DNA of 5,053 nucleotides from a virus (Duplodnaviria; Heunggongvirae; Uroviricota; Caudoviricetes): IMG/VR virus record IMGVR_UViG_2579779049_000020; one strand, 5' to 3'. Shown piece by piece: positions 1 to 4,688 of this stretch (position 1 is its first letter; each line of letters starts with the position of its first letter). The notes under the pieces were generated by a model. It saw only the letters and a program-made list of their open reading frames with translations, ran no database searches and was not told where the DNA came from. The position numbers and the translations under genes were made by a program.

Positions 1-145
1 CCTCACACTGGTCAGCGACATGTTGATATGAAGGCCAGCATTCGCCATTATCATTGGCGTTATCGGCAAGTTTAATCAGAACCAGTTTTCTCAGTGGGTT
101 GCCAACCTTTATATTCATGGCCTTAGCCATAAGATTCATGCTCAT
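1..145 (-). CDS. Replication-initiation protein, O-like with N-terminal HTH; partial (only the 5' end is in the window, gene continues past position 1)
   Basis: Reverse complement of 1..145 translates from ATG (145..143) as MSMNLMAKAMNIKVGNPLRKLVLIKLADNANDNGECWPSYQHVADQCE with no stop before the window edge. A GGAG Shine-Dalgarno lies 8 nt upstream (complement of 154..157). The K-x-VLIKLADNANDNGECWPS pattern is typical of HTH-containing phage replication initiators, and the gene follows cII as O does in lambda. It is absent from the ORF track because it is open-ended. Confidence 0.55.
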   Translation of the reverse strand, partial: MSMNLMAKAMNIKVGNPLRKLVLIKLADNANDNGECWPSYQHVADQCE

Positions 146-285
146 TTTGACTTCTCCGAAGTTTTGTACCTGTTAAGTATTTCTCTCAGTGGCACAGCTA
201 TTGCTGGATTAACCCCCTGATAAAACTGGTCACGTAGCACATCTTTTCGGTGATTAACGCGTTTATTTTCCTGCGTTTTTCGCAT
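142..285 (-). CDS. Small basic hypothetical ORF (47 aa, MRKTQENKRVNHRKDVLRDQFYQGVNPAIAVPLREILNRYKTSEKSK) between cII and the replication gene
   Basis: This is the 3' portion of track ORF 142..450, taken from the in-frame ATG at 285..283. That ATG has a GAGG Shine-Dalgarno 7 nt upstream (complement of 293..296). The stop TGA (144..142) overlaps the ATG (145..143) of the O-like gene in an ATGA arrangement. Only this portion lies outside cII. Confidence 0.3.
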   Translation of the reverse strand: MRKTQENKRVNHRKDVLRDQFYQGVNPAIAVPLREILNRYKTSEKSK

Positions 286-296
286 ATAATTACCTC

Positions 297-362
297 GTTG
301 GATGTTGTTAAAATTCCATTTGTATTTGATCAGAACGCTCGGTTGCCGCCGGGCGTTTTTTA
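297..362 (+). ncRNA. oop: oop-like antisense RNA, with Po promoter and intrinsic terminator embedded antisense in the cII 3' end
   Basis: A perfect -10 TATAAT sits at 285..290. The predicted transcript runs about 297..361 and ends in a GC-rich hairpin (336..355, CGCTCGG/CCGGGCG) followed by T6 (356..361). That hairpin is the complement of the cII codons for KKRPAATER, which is the arrangement of the lambda oop terminator as I recall it. Confidence 0.6.
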
Positions 363-604
363 TTGGTGAGTCCATCAAGCGCATACTTAAAAGCCCTGCT
401 AATCGGACTGATGTCTGATGCCATTCCGAAAGCACACAAGACCGAAGCAATAAATCTCCAGTCCGTTCTGCTTATCTTCGATTCATGACAGCCAATCATC
501 TTTGCCAGACCGCGCTGGGTAAGCGTTGACAGGTTGATGAGTAAATCTGTTTCTGCGCGATCAACGTCACGCTGGGATAGTTTGCTGTAACTTGTTTGTT
601 CCAT
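308..604 (-). CDS. cII: CII transcriptional activator (lambda CII family), 98 aa
   Basis: Track ORF 308..604 (-). The C-terminus LTNKKRPAATERSDQIQMEF is near-identical to the lambda CII C-terminus as recalled, and an HTH-like segment (ESKISRTDW) matches lambda KSQISRW. It lies downstream of cro on the same strand. Confidence 0.9.
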   Translation of the reverse strand: MEQTSYSKLSQRDVDRAETDLLINLSTLTQRGLAKMIGCHESKISRTDWRFIASVLCAFGMASDISPISRAFKYALDGLTNKKRPAATERSDQIQMEF

Positions 605-614
605 TTCTTAAGAT
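582..614 (+). promoter_or_regulatory. Candidate PRE (CII-activated establishment promoter) reading toward cI
   Basis: Direct repeats TTGC (582..585), 6 nt, TTGT (592..595) lie on the + strand inside cII codons 3-8, followed 13 nt later by a -10-like TAAGAT (609..614). This is the same layout as the lambda TTGC-N6-TTGC PRE site, which overlaps the cII 5' end. Confidence 0.5.
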
Positions 615-643
615 TTCCAATAGTGAATAGTTAGTTGAAAGGT

Positions 644-659
644 ATGCGTGGAAACGCAT
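644..659 (-). other. Hairpin (6-bp stem ATGCGT/ACGCAT, 4-nt loop) in the cro-cII intergenic region
   Basis: Perfect inverted repeat atgcgtggaaacgcat seen directly. It lies between nutR boxB and the cII RBS with no U-run, so it is not an intrinsic terminator; it may be a tR1-region or processing structure. Confidence 0.3.
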
Positions 660-689
660 GTAGCCTTAGTTGGTCAGATATATTGGGAC

Positions 690-704
690 TCGCTTTGTCA
701 GCGA
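690..704 (-). promoter_or_regulatory. nutR boxB hairpin, P22-type (GACAA pentaloop)
   Basis: The minus-strand RNA reads UCGCU-GACAA-AGCGA (5-bp stem, 5-nt loop). Its core CGCUGACAAAGCG is identical to the nutL copy at 3440..3454 and to the P22 boxB as I recall it. It sits between the cro stop and cII. Confidence 0.65.
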
Positions 705-742
705 CGTAGGACGAATGTCCATTGTGAAAATAGCGGTGTTAC

Positions 743-970
743 TTATGCAGCCAGAAGGTTCTTTTTGCTTATTTCAAGCATTTCGCTTGCTTGATATTTG
801 CCACCAGAAATCTCTTCGATTTTTGATGCGTATTTAGTTTTCCCAAAAAACTCAGTCTTAGGGAGGAAGCCGTTTTTGAGCCACTTATAGACAGCCCTTT
901 CGCTAACTCCACAAGCCTTCGCAACTTCAGGGATGCCGACACCTTTAATCGGCTCATCAAGATTTTGCAT
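743..970 (-). CDS. cro: Cro-like HTH DNA-binding regulator, 75 aa
   Basis: Track ORF 743..970 (-). It has a clear HTH (IPEVAKACGVSERAVYKWLKNG), an AAGGA Shine-Dalgarno upstream, and is divergently transcribed from cI across an operator-rich 78-bp intergenic region. The call rests on position and HTH; I do not recognise the exact family. Confidence 0.75.
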   Translation of the reverse strand: MQNLDEPIKGVGIPEVAKACGVSERAVYKWLKNGFLPKTEFFGKTKYASKIEEISGGKYQASEMLEISKKNLLAA

Positions 971-1000
971 AGGAATATCCTTTTTCGTACTTTCAGTACG

Positions 1001-1029
1001 TATTATGGTTGAACTGAAAGTTTTTGCAA
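1001..1029 (-). promoter_or_regulatory. PR candidate (cro promoter)
   Basis: On the minus strand, -35 TTGCAA (1029..1024), a 16-bp spacer, and -10 CATAAT (1007..1002). The predicted start near 995 lies inside operator site 1. Confidence 0.5.
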
Positions 1030-1041
1030 GTGCTTTAGTAT
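1012..1041 (+). promoter_or_regulatory. PRM candidate (maintenance promoter for cI), probably giving a leaderless or near-leaderless cI mRNA
   Basis: A -10-like TAGTAT (1036..1041) ends 7 nt before the cI ATG (1049). No Shine-Dalgarno precedes cI. The -35 is weak (CTGAAA/ACTGAA region), as expected for an activator-dependent promoter. Operator site 3 overlaps the -10. Confidence 0.35.
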
Positions 1042-1048
1042 CGTACTC

Positions 1049-1756
1049 ATGGTTCAGAATGAAAAAGTGCGCAAAGAATTCGCCCAGCGGCTAGCGCAAG
1101 CCTGTAAAGAAGCTGGTCTTGATGAACATGGTAGGGGAATGGCTATAGCCCGTGCCCTTTCTCTTTCGTCCAAAGGCGTTAGCAAATGGTTTAATGCTGA
1201 GTCTTTACCGCGTCAGGAAAAAATGAATGCGCTTGCGAAATTTCTAAACGTTGATGTTGTTTGGCTTCAGCACGGCACTTCGTTAAATGGAGCGAATGAT
1301 GAAGATACTCTTTCATTTGTTGGCAAATTAAAAAAAGGGTTAGTGCGCGTGGTTGGTGAGGCAATTCTTGGTGTTGATGGTGCCATCGAGATGACCGAAG
1401 AGCGCGATGGGTGGCTCAAAATTTATAGCGATGATCCAGATGCCTTTGGTCTTCGTGTGAAAGGAGACAGCATGTGGCCCAGAATAAAATCAGGAGAATA
1501 TGTACTCATTGAGCCTAACACCAAAGTATTCCCGGGTGATGAGGTGTTTGTCAGAACCGTTGAAGGACACAACATGATTAAGGTTCTTGGCTATGACAGA
1601 GATGGAGAATACCAATTTACAAGCATTAACCAGGATCACAGGCCTATAACGTTGCCTTATCATCAAGTAGCAAAGGTGGAGTATGTAGCTGGTATTCTGA
1701 AGCAATCTCGCCATCTGGATGACATCGAGGCAAGGGAGTGGCTGAAAAGTTCGTGA
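1049..1756 (+). CDS. cI: CI-type prophage repressor: N-terminal HTH plus C-terminal S24 (LexA-like) autopeptidase domain, 235 aa
   Basis: Track ORF 1049..1756 (+). The C-terminal domain carries the GDSMWP serine motif and a downstream lysine (MIKVLG), typical of the LexA/CI Ser-Lys dyad. The N-terminal region is helical and DNA-binding-like. It is divergent from cro. Confidence 0.9.
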   Translation: MVQNEKVRKEFAQRLAQACKEAGLDEHGRGMAIARALSLSSKGVSKWFNAESLPRQEKMNALAKFLNVDVVWLQHGTSLNGANDEDTLSFVGKLKKGLVRVVGEAILGVDGAIEMTEERDGWLKIYSDDPDAFGLRVKGDSMWPRIKSGEYVLIEPNTKVFPGDEVFVRTVEGHNMIKVLGYDRDGEYQFTSINQDHRPITLPYHQVAKVEYVAGILKQSRHLDDIEAREWLKSS

Positions 1757-1788
1757 CTTCATCGTCACATAGCTGGTAACCAGTGGCC

Positions 1789-1803
1789 TGAAGAGACGTT
1801 TGG
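1789..1803 (+). repeat. 15-bp direct repeat TGAAGAGACGTTTGG, copy 1 (upstream of ORF 1817..2158)
   Basis: Exact 15-mer seen at 1789..1803 and again at 2160..2174. Confidence 0.9.
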
Positions 1804-1816
1804 GTAAGGAGGATAG

Positions 1817-2158
1817 ATGGCGTTCAATGACCTTGAATATCAAGCAGTAAAAAAAGAAGTTCACCAATTCATTGAAAGCATAAGGCCGCCTGAACATATC
1901 CGCAATGAACTGGATATTGTTTATAGCATCAATGACCAAACGATAGATATCGGCGAACAGCGCCCCGTGTGGCAGGGCAATCCAGGTGAAACAAACATCC
2001 TGCCATCAGCAAGAATCAAGTACATACGTTCTCTGGATAGATGGAAAATCTATTGGATGCGGAAGGATATGAAATGGCATCAGTACAGTACTGAACTTTC
2101 GCTGACTGATGCGCTTGAGCTTGTGCGTGCTGACCCGGATTGCTGCTTCTTCGGATGA
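1817..2158 (+). CDS. Hypothetical protein, 113 aa; accessory gene immediately downstream of cI
   Basis: Track ORF 1817..2158 (+) with a strong Shine-Dalgarno AAGGAGG (1806..1812). There is no terminator between cI and this ORF, so it is likely co-transcribed with cI. It contains a W-rich motif WKIYWMRKDMKWHQY. I have an unverified impression of a DUF3024-like family. Confidence 0.7.
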   Translation: MAFNDLEYQAVKKEVHQFIESIRPPEHIRNELDIVYSINDQTIDIGEQRPVWQGNPGETNILPSARIKYIRSLDRWKIYWMRKDMKWHQYSTELSLTDALELVRADPDCCFFG

Positions 2159-2159
2159 G

Positions 2160-2174
2160 TGAAGAGACGTTTGG
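2160..2174 (+). repeat. 15-bp direct repeat TGAAGAGACGTTTGG, copy 2 (2 bp after the ORF 1817..2158 stop)
   Basis: Exact match to 1789..1803. Together the two copies bracket the ORF and its Shine-Dalgarno precisely. Confidence 0.9.
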
Positions 2175-2183
2175 ATGATGGAT

Positions 2184-2207
2184 GGTCGCAGAGATGCGGC
2201 CTTTTTT
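2184..2207 (+). terminator. Intrinsic terminator ending the cI / ORF113 transcript
   Basis: 7-bp stem GGTCGCA/TGCGGCC (one G-U pair) with a GAGA loop, followed by T6 (2202..2207). Confidence 0.7.
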
Positions 2208-2219
2208 ATTGAGAGTGGA

Positions 2220-2259
2220 TCTTGAACGGAAATTCTCAAGACTTGAGTCTTGCATGCAA
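2220..2259. promoter_or_regulatory. Cluster of palindromes upstream of ORF 2311..2832 (candidate operator)
   Basis: Inverted repeat TCTTGA (2220..2225) and TCAAGA (2236..2241), a further CTTGAG (2242..2247), and a perfect 10-bp palindrome TTGCATGCAA (2250..2259). Confidence 0.4.
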
Positions 2260-2278
2260 ATCAATTCCTGGATAAACT
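2250..2278 (+). promoter_or_regulatory. Candidate sigma70 promoter for ORF 2311..2832
   Basis: -35 TTGCAT (2250..2255), a 17-bp spacer, and -10 TAAACT (2273..2278). The -35 is embedded in the 10-bp palindrome. Confidence 0.45.
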
Positions 2279-2310
2279 CGATCTGAGTCAATAACTTAGA
2301 GAGAGAGCAA

Positions 2311-2832
2311 ATGGCAAAGTCAAACGTTAGCGTGCAGGCATTCAAGGACTTCCTTGAAGAGCTTATGTCGCTGAACATAATGAAGGAGGCCACCGCTCGA
2401 AATTTAAAAAACTCATCCGCTCGCCTCTTAACGGTAGTCCAAGAAGAGGAAATGGGTGATGTTACTCAGCTTGATGTGAATGAGCTTGCCGAGCGATACA
2501 TCAACGCAACTGAGCCGAAGCCTAGCGACAGCAGCATTACTGCATATAAAAGCCGCATGGAAAGTGCAATCAAAAAGTTTGTAGCTTTCCAGTCTGGTGA
2601 AGAAATCCCATACACTCCGATTGACAAAGAATCCAGTGAGGAAAAAGATTTGACTGGCGAACCAACAAAAGTCGAAGGCAAGGCTAATGCACTTCATACC
2701 TATGATCTTCCAGTAGTTCTTCGACCTGAATCAGGGGTTACAGTAACGATTAAAGGCATTCCTAACGATATCACAAACGAAGAAGCCGAACGCATCTCTT
2801 CAATTCTGAAGGTTTACGTTCGGCCTCAATAA
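2311..2832 (+). CDS. Hypothetical acidic soluble protein, 173 aa; second accessory gene between cI and PL
   Basis: Track ORF 2311..2832 (+) with a GAGAGAG Shine-Dalgarno-like run upstream. No transmembrane-like hydrophobic stretch is visible and I recognise no family. Confidence 0.7.
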   Translation: MAKSNVSVQAFKDFLEELMSLNIMKEATARNLKNSSARLLTVVQEEEMGDVTQLDVNELAERYINATEPKPSDSSITAYKSRMESAIKKFVAFQSGEEIPYTPIDKESSEEKDLTGEPTKVEGKANALHTYDLPVVLRPESGVTVTIKGIPNDITNEEAERISSILKVYVRPQ

Positions 2833-3005
2833 TGCAAAAGCATTCAGCACAATGTCCAACTCCCCAGTCCGACATTGATGCTGTTTAACCAGAGCCTCCA
2901 AAAGGAGCCCTTGTTAAGGTACACAATATTTGCGATGTAACCTTAGCGCGTCTGGTACATTTTTTCAAGCGGTTGTAGGGCTGCCGCCAATATGAGAAAA
3001 CACAG

Positions 3006-3128
3006 ATGTCTACATACAATTTGAATGACCAATTCGATCGAGAAGTTCATGTGAATGCCTATGAACGGATAAGGCATGGAAATCTTGAACATGTGTGTGA
3101 GCATTATCGCTCAAGGCCACACCGCTAA
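3006..3128 (+). CDS. Possible small ORF, 40 aa (MSTYNLNDQFDREVHVNAYERIRHGNLEHVCEHYRSRPHR)
   Basis: An ATG-to-TAA ORF that ends 6 nt before a strong intrinsic terminator. The Shine-Dalgarno is weak. It is below the ORF-track length cutoff and is speculative. Confidence 0.2.
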   Translation: MSTYNLNDQFDREVHVNAYERIRHGNLEHVCEHYRSRPHR

Positions 3129-3133
3129 TCATC

Positions 3134-3162
3134 AACCCGGCCTCCATGCCGGGTTTTCTTTT
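3134..3162 (+). terminator. Intrinsic terminator
   Basis: Stem CCCGGC (3136..3141) / GCCGGG (3148..3153) with a 6-nt loop, extended by A-U pairs, followed by TTTTCTTTT (3154..3162). Confidence 0.7.
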
Positions 3163-3330
3163 CCTCTCGCCCAAAAAAAACACATAACCAATTGTATTTA
3201 TTGATGTAACTCGCTAAACCATGCAGTTATGATCCCTGCCGCATAACCTTCATCAGCCACATTTTCAAAAATAAATTTCCTTATATATCAGAATCATACT
3301 TCGTAGAGTTAATAAATCACCAAAATTCGT

Positions 3331-3363
3331 ACCAATAGTTCTTGATAATGTCGAACTATTGGT
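3331..3363. repeat. Perfect 11-bp inverted repeat ACCAATAGTTC / GAACTATTGGT with an 11-bp spacer (candidate OL operator)
   Basis: Seen directly. The spacer contains the -35 TTGATA of the candidate PL. Confidence 0.45.
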
Positions 3364-3370
3364 TCATTAT
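3342..3370 (+). promoter_or_regulatory. PL candidate (early promoter driving nutL and N)
   Basis: -35 TTGATA (3342..3347), a 17-bp spacer, and -10 CATTAT (3365..3370). The predicted start near 3377 is about 60 nt upstream of nutL boxB. Confidence 0.5.
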
Positions 3371-3439
3371 TATCATCGTCAGCAGGACGCATTACTCACC
3401 AGGGCGGTGAATATACAACGATTCGAATATGAATCTACG

Positions 3440-3454
3440 GCGCTGACAAAGCGC
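3440..3454 (+). promoter_or_regulatory. nutL boxB hairpin, P22-type
   Basis: GCGCU-GACAA-AGCGC (5-bp stem, GACAA pentaloop), matching the P22 boxB as I recall it, located between PL and the N gene. Confidence 0.7.
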
Positions 3455-3467
3455 AATAACCAAAGTG

Positions 3468-3604
3468 AACTTTGGGGTGTGGTGAAGGGTTCATGGACGG
3501 GAATATGTCGCACGTAAAGCGGCGAGGCCTGCGGGACTATTGCCGAATTGAAGTAGGCCGAAACAGGTCGAAATGGGTCTCCCACCTACCACACCACCAA
3601 AGTT
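3468..3604 (+). other. Long-range RNA duplex in the N leader
   Basis: 3468..3484 (AACTTTGGGGTGTGGTG) is complementary to 3587..3604 (TACCACACCACCAAAGTT) with one bulged A, giving about 17 bp enclosing roughly 100 nt and ending 4 nt before the N Shine-Dalgarno. A competing local hairpin CCAAAGT/ACTTTGG (3460..3475) shares the 5' arm. Confidence 0.35.
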
Positions 3605-3619
3605 CATCAGGAGGTCTAT

Positions 3620-4003
3620 ATGACACGCAGAACTCAGTTCAAAGGCAATTCACGTTCTCGTCGTCGTGAGCGTTTAAAGGCAAAGGCATTAGCTAACGGC
3701 GTACTGGCCCGCGAAGAAGCAATAAGTTCAGAAGTATTACACCGCCCTACTCTAAGCAGAGCGCAGATTCAGGCTAAAGGTACTCACGAAACGCCTGAGC
3801 GCATAGAAGACGCTAAGCCAATTAAGTTCATGGCACAGGACGTGATCTGGCAACAGAAAGAATACAGACGCAATCTGGAGCGAGCGGCCATTGTGTACGC
3901 GAATGAGTTTGGACATAAGCAACCAGAAACTGGTGTATGTCTTCCAAACGTAGCCATTTACGCGGCAGGCTACCGGAAATCAAAACAACTGACGGCGAGG
4001 TGA
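3620..4003 (+). CDS. N: N-type transcription antiterminator (P22 gene 24-like), 127 aa
   Basis: Track ORF 3620..4003 (+) with an AGGAGG Shine-Dalgarno (3609..3614). The N-terminal arginine-rich motif GNSRSRRRERLKAKA resembles the P22 N motif GNAKTRRHERRRKLA as recalled, and the C-terminus YAAGYRKSKQLTAR resembles P22 YAAGHRKSKQITAR. It lies downstream of nutL. Confidence 0.8.
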   Translation: MTRRTQFKGNSRSRRRERLKAKALANGVLAREEAISSEVLHRPTLSRAQIQAKGTHETPERIEDAKPIKFMAQDVIWQQKEYRRNLERAAIVYANEFGHKQPETGVCLPNVAIYAAGYRKSKQLTAR

Positions 4004-4064
4004 CTTGTGTTGGTCGCCAGAAAATGAAATTAGGCAGCAAACCACTTATTTGAGAGGAATTAAT

Positions 4065-4688
4065 ATGTCATCAATCCGCTTAACTACGAGAATGAAAGAG
4101 GAAATCGCTCGTAACGCTTTAATTAAGTCTGGGGTTTTCACTGAACTTGAAGAAGTAACAAAGTTAAAGAACCAGCTTGCACTTGACGCCAGAGTTATTG
4201 CGTTTGGCGGTAAAAAGAAAACTGAGGAAGTGGATCGGTTATCATCCAAGTTAGCAGCTATAAGTGAAGAACTTGAGAAGATGGGATGTTCATTTTACTC
4301 ATGCGATGTTCGTTCTACTTCGATTTATCTGACTGTATCTGGAAGAAGGGTTGGCTGGCATTCATACGGAAAAGACGGCAACGGTGAAGATATATTGCTC
4401 CCCACCCCAGAAAAAGATAAATGCATGTTTGACGCAGAACACGAAATAACAAAAAGGTTTGATGAAATCTGCGCATTGCAACAAAAACTTGAAGCCAAGA
4501 AAAAGGATATCGAATCAAATGTATGGGCTGCTTTGAACTCAGTCACAACAGTTAAGCGACTTATTGAAGTTTGGCCTGAAAGCAAAGAATTGCTACCAAA
4601 AGAAGCAGATAAAGCAAGTACAGCACTTCCTGCTTTACGGGTAGAAGATTTGAATAAGATGATTGGACTTCCTTCCGAGGCCGCATAG
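4065..4688 (+). CDS. Hypothetical protein, 207 aa, early-left operon
   Basis: In frame with track ORF 4005..4688, but the biologically likely start is the ATG at 4065 with a GAGAGGA Shine-Dalgarno (4052..4058). The track start at 4005 is a TTG with no Shine-Dalgarno. Confidence 0.65.
   Translation: MSSIRLTTRMKEEIARNALIKSGVFTELEEVTKLKNQLALDARVIAFGGKKKTEEVDRLSSKLAAISEELEKMGCSFYSCDVRSTSIYLTVSGRRVGWHSYGKDGNGEDILLPTPEKDKCMFDAEHEITKRFDEICALQQKLEAKKKDIESNVWAALNSVTTVKRLIEVWPESKELLPKEADKASTALPALRVEDLNKMIGLPSEAA

Larger units (their letters stand above)
986..1047. promoter_or_regulatory. OR operator cluster: three palindromic sites sharing GTACT/AGTAC half-sites
   Basis: Site 1 (986..1000) is CGTACT-TTC-AGTACG, with perfect 6-bp palindromic arms. 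Site 2 (about 1009..1023) contains ACTGAAAGT, the reverse complement of the site 1 core. Site 3 (1037..1047) is AGTA-TCG-TACT. The tripartite spacing between divergent promoters resembles OR1/OR2/OR3. Confidence 0.5.

Noticed and set aside
286-450. Upstream part of track ORF 142..450 (-), 102 aa
   Set aside because: This portion overlaps the cII 3' end in a different frame and is antisense to the oop terminator. cII is strongly supported by homology, so only the segment downstream of the internal ATG at 285 is kept, as a low-confidence small ORF.
769-960. Track ORF 769..960 (-), 63 aa
   Set aside because: It lies entirely inside cro in another frame. cro has the HTH motif and a Shine-Dalgarno; this ORF has neither.
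1753-1784. Hairpin GTGAC/GTCAC and palindrome CTGGTAACCAG just after the cI stop
   Set aside because: Short stems with no following U-run, so not a terminator, and no repeated copies elsewhere. Not enough to call a site.
1490-1939. Track ORF 1490..1939 (-), 149 aa
   Set aside because: It is antisense to the cI C-terminal domain and the ORF113 start, with no ribosome-binding site or recognisable features.
2006-2393. Track ORFs 2006..2239 and 2016..2393 (-)
   Set aside because: They are antisense to ORF113, the terminator and the ORF173 promoter region, and would read against a terminator hairpin. Probably chance ORFs.
2428-2697. Track ORFs 2428..2697 and 2466..2681 (-)
   Set aside because: They lie inside and antisense to ORF173 and mutually overlap, with no independent support.
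3173-3180. A8 run (T8 on the minus strand) after the terminator at 3134..3162
   Set aside because: A bidirectional terminator was considered, but on the minus strand the T-run precedes rather than follows the hairpin. Likely just AT-rich spacer or an UP-element-like sequence.
3379-3669. Track ORFs 3379..3585 (-) and 3472..3669 (+)
   Set aside because: They span nutL boxB and the structured N leader. The + ORF runs into N in another frame. The region is better explained as untranslated leader RNA.
3828-4040. Track ORF 3828..4040 (-), 70 aa
   Set aside because: Antisense to the N C-terminus, whose P22-like motif supports the + frame.
4005-4064. Track start of ORF 4005..4688 (TTG at 4005)
   Set aside because: The TTG start has no Shine-Dalgarno and overlaps the N stop. 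The ATG at 4065 with a GAGAGGA Shine-Dalgarno is the likelier start.
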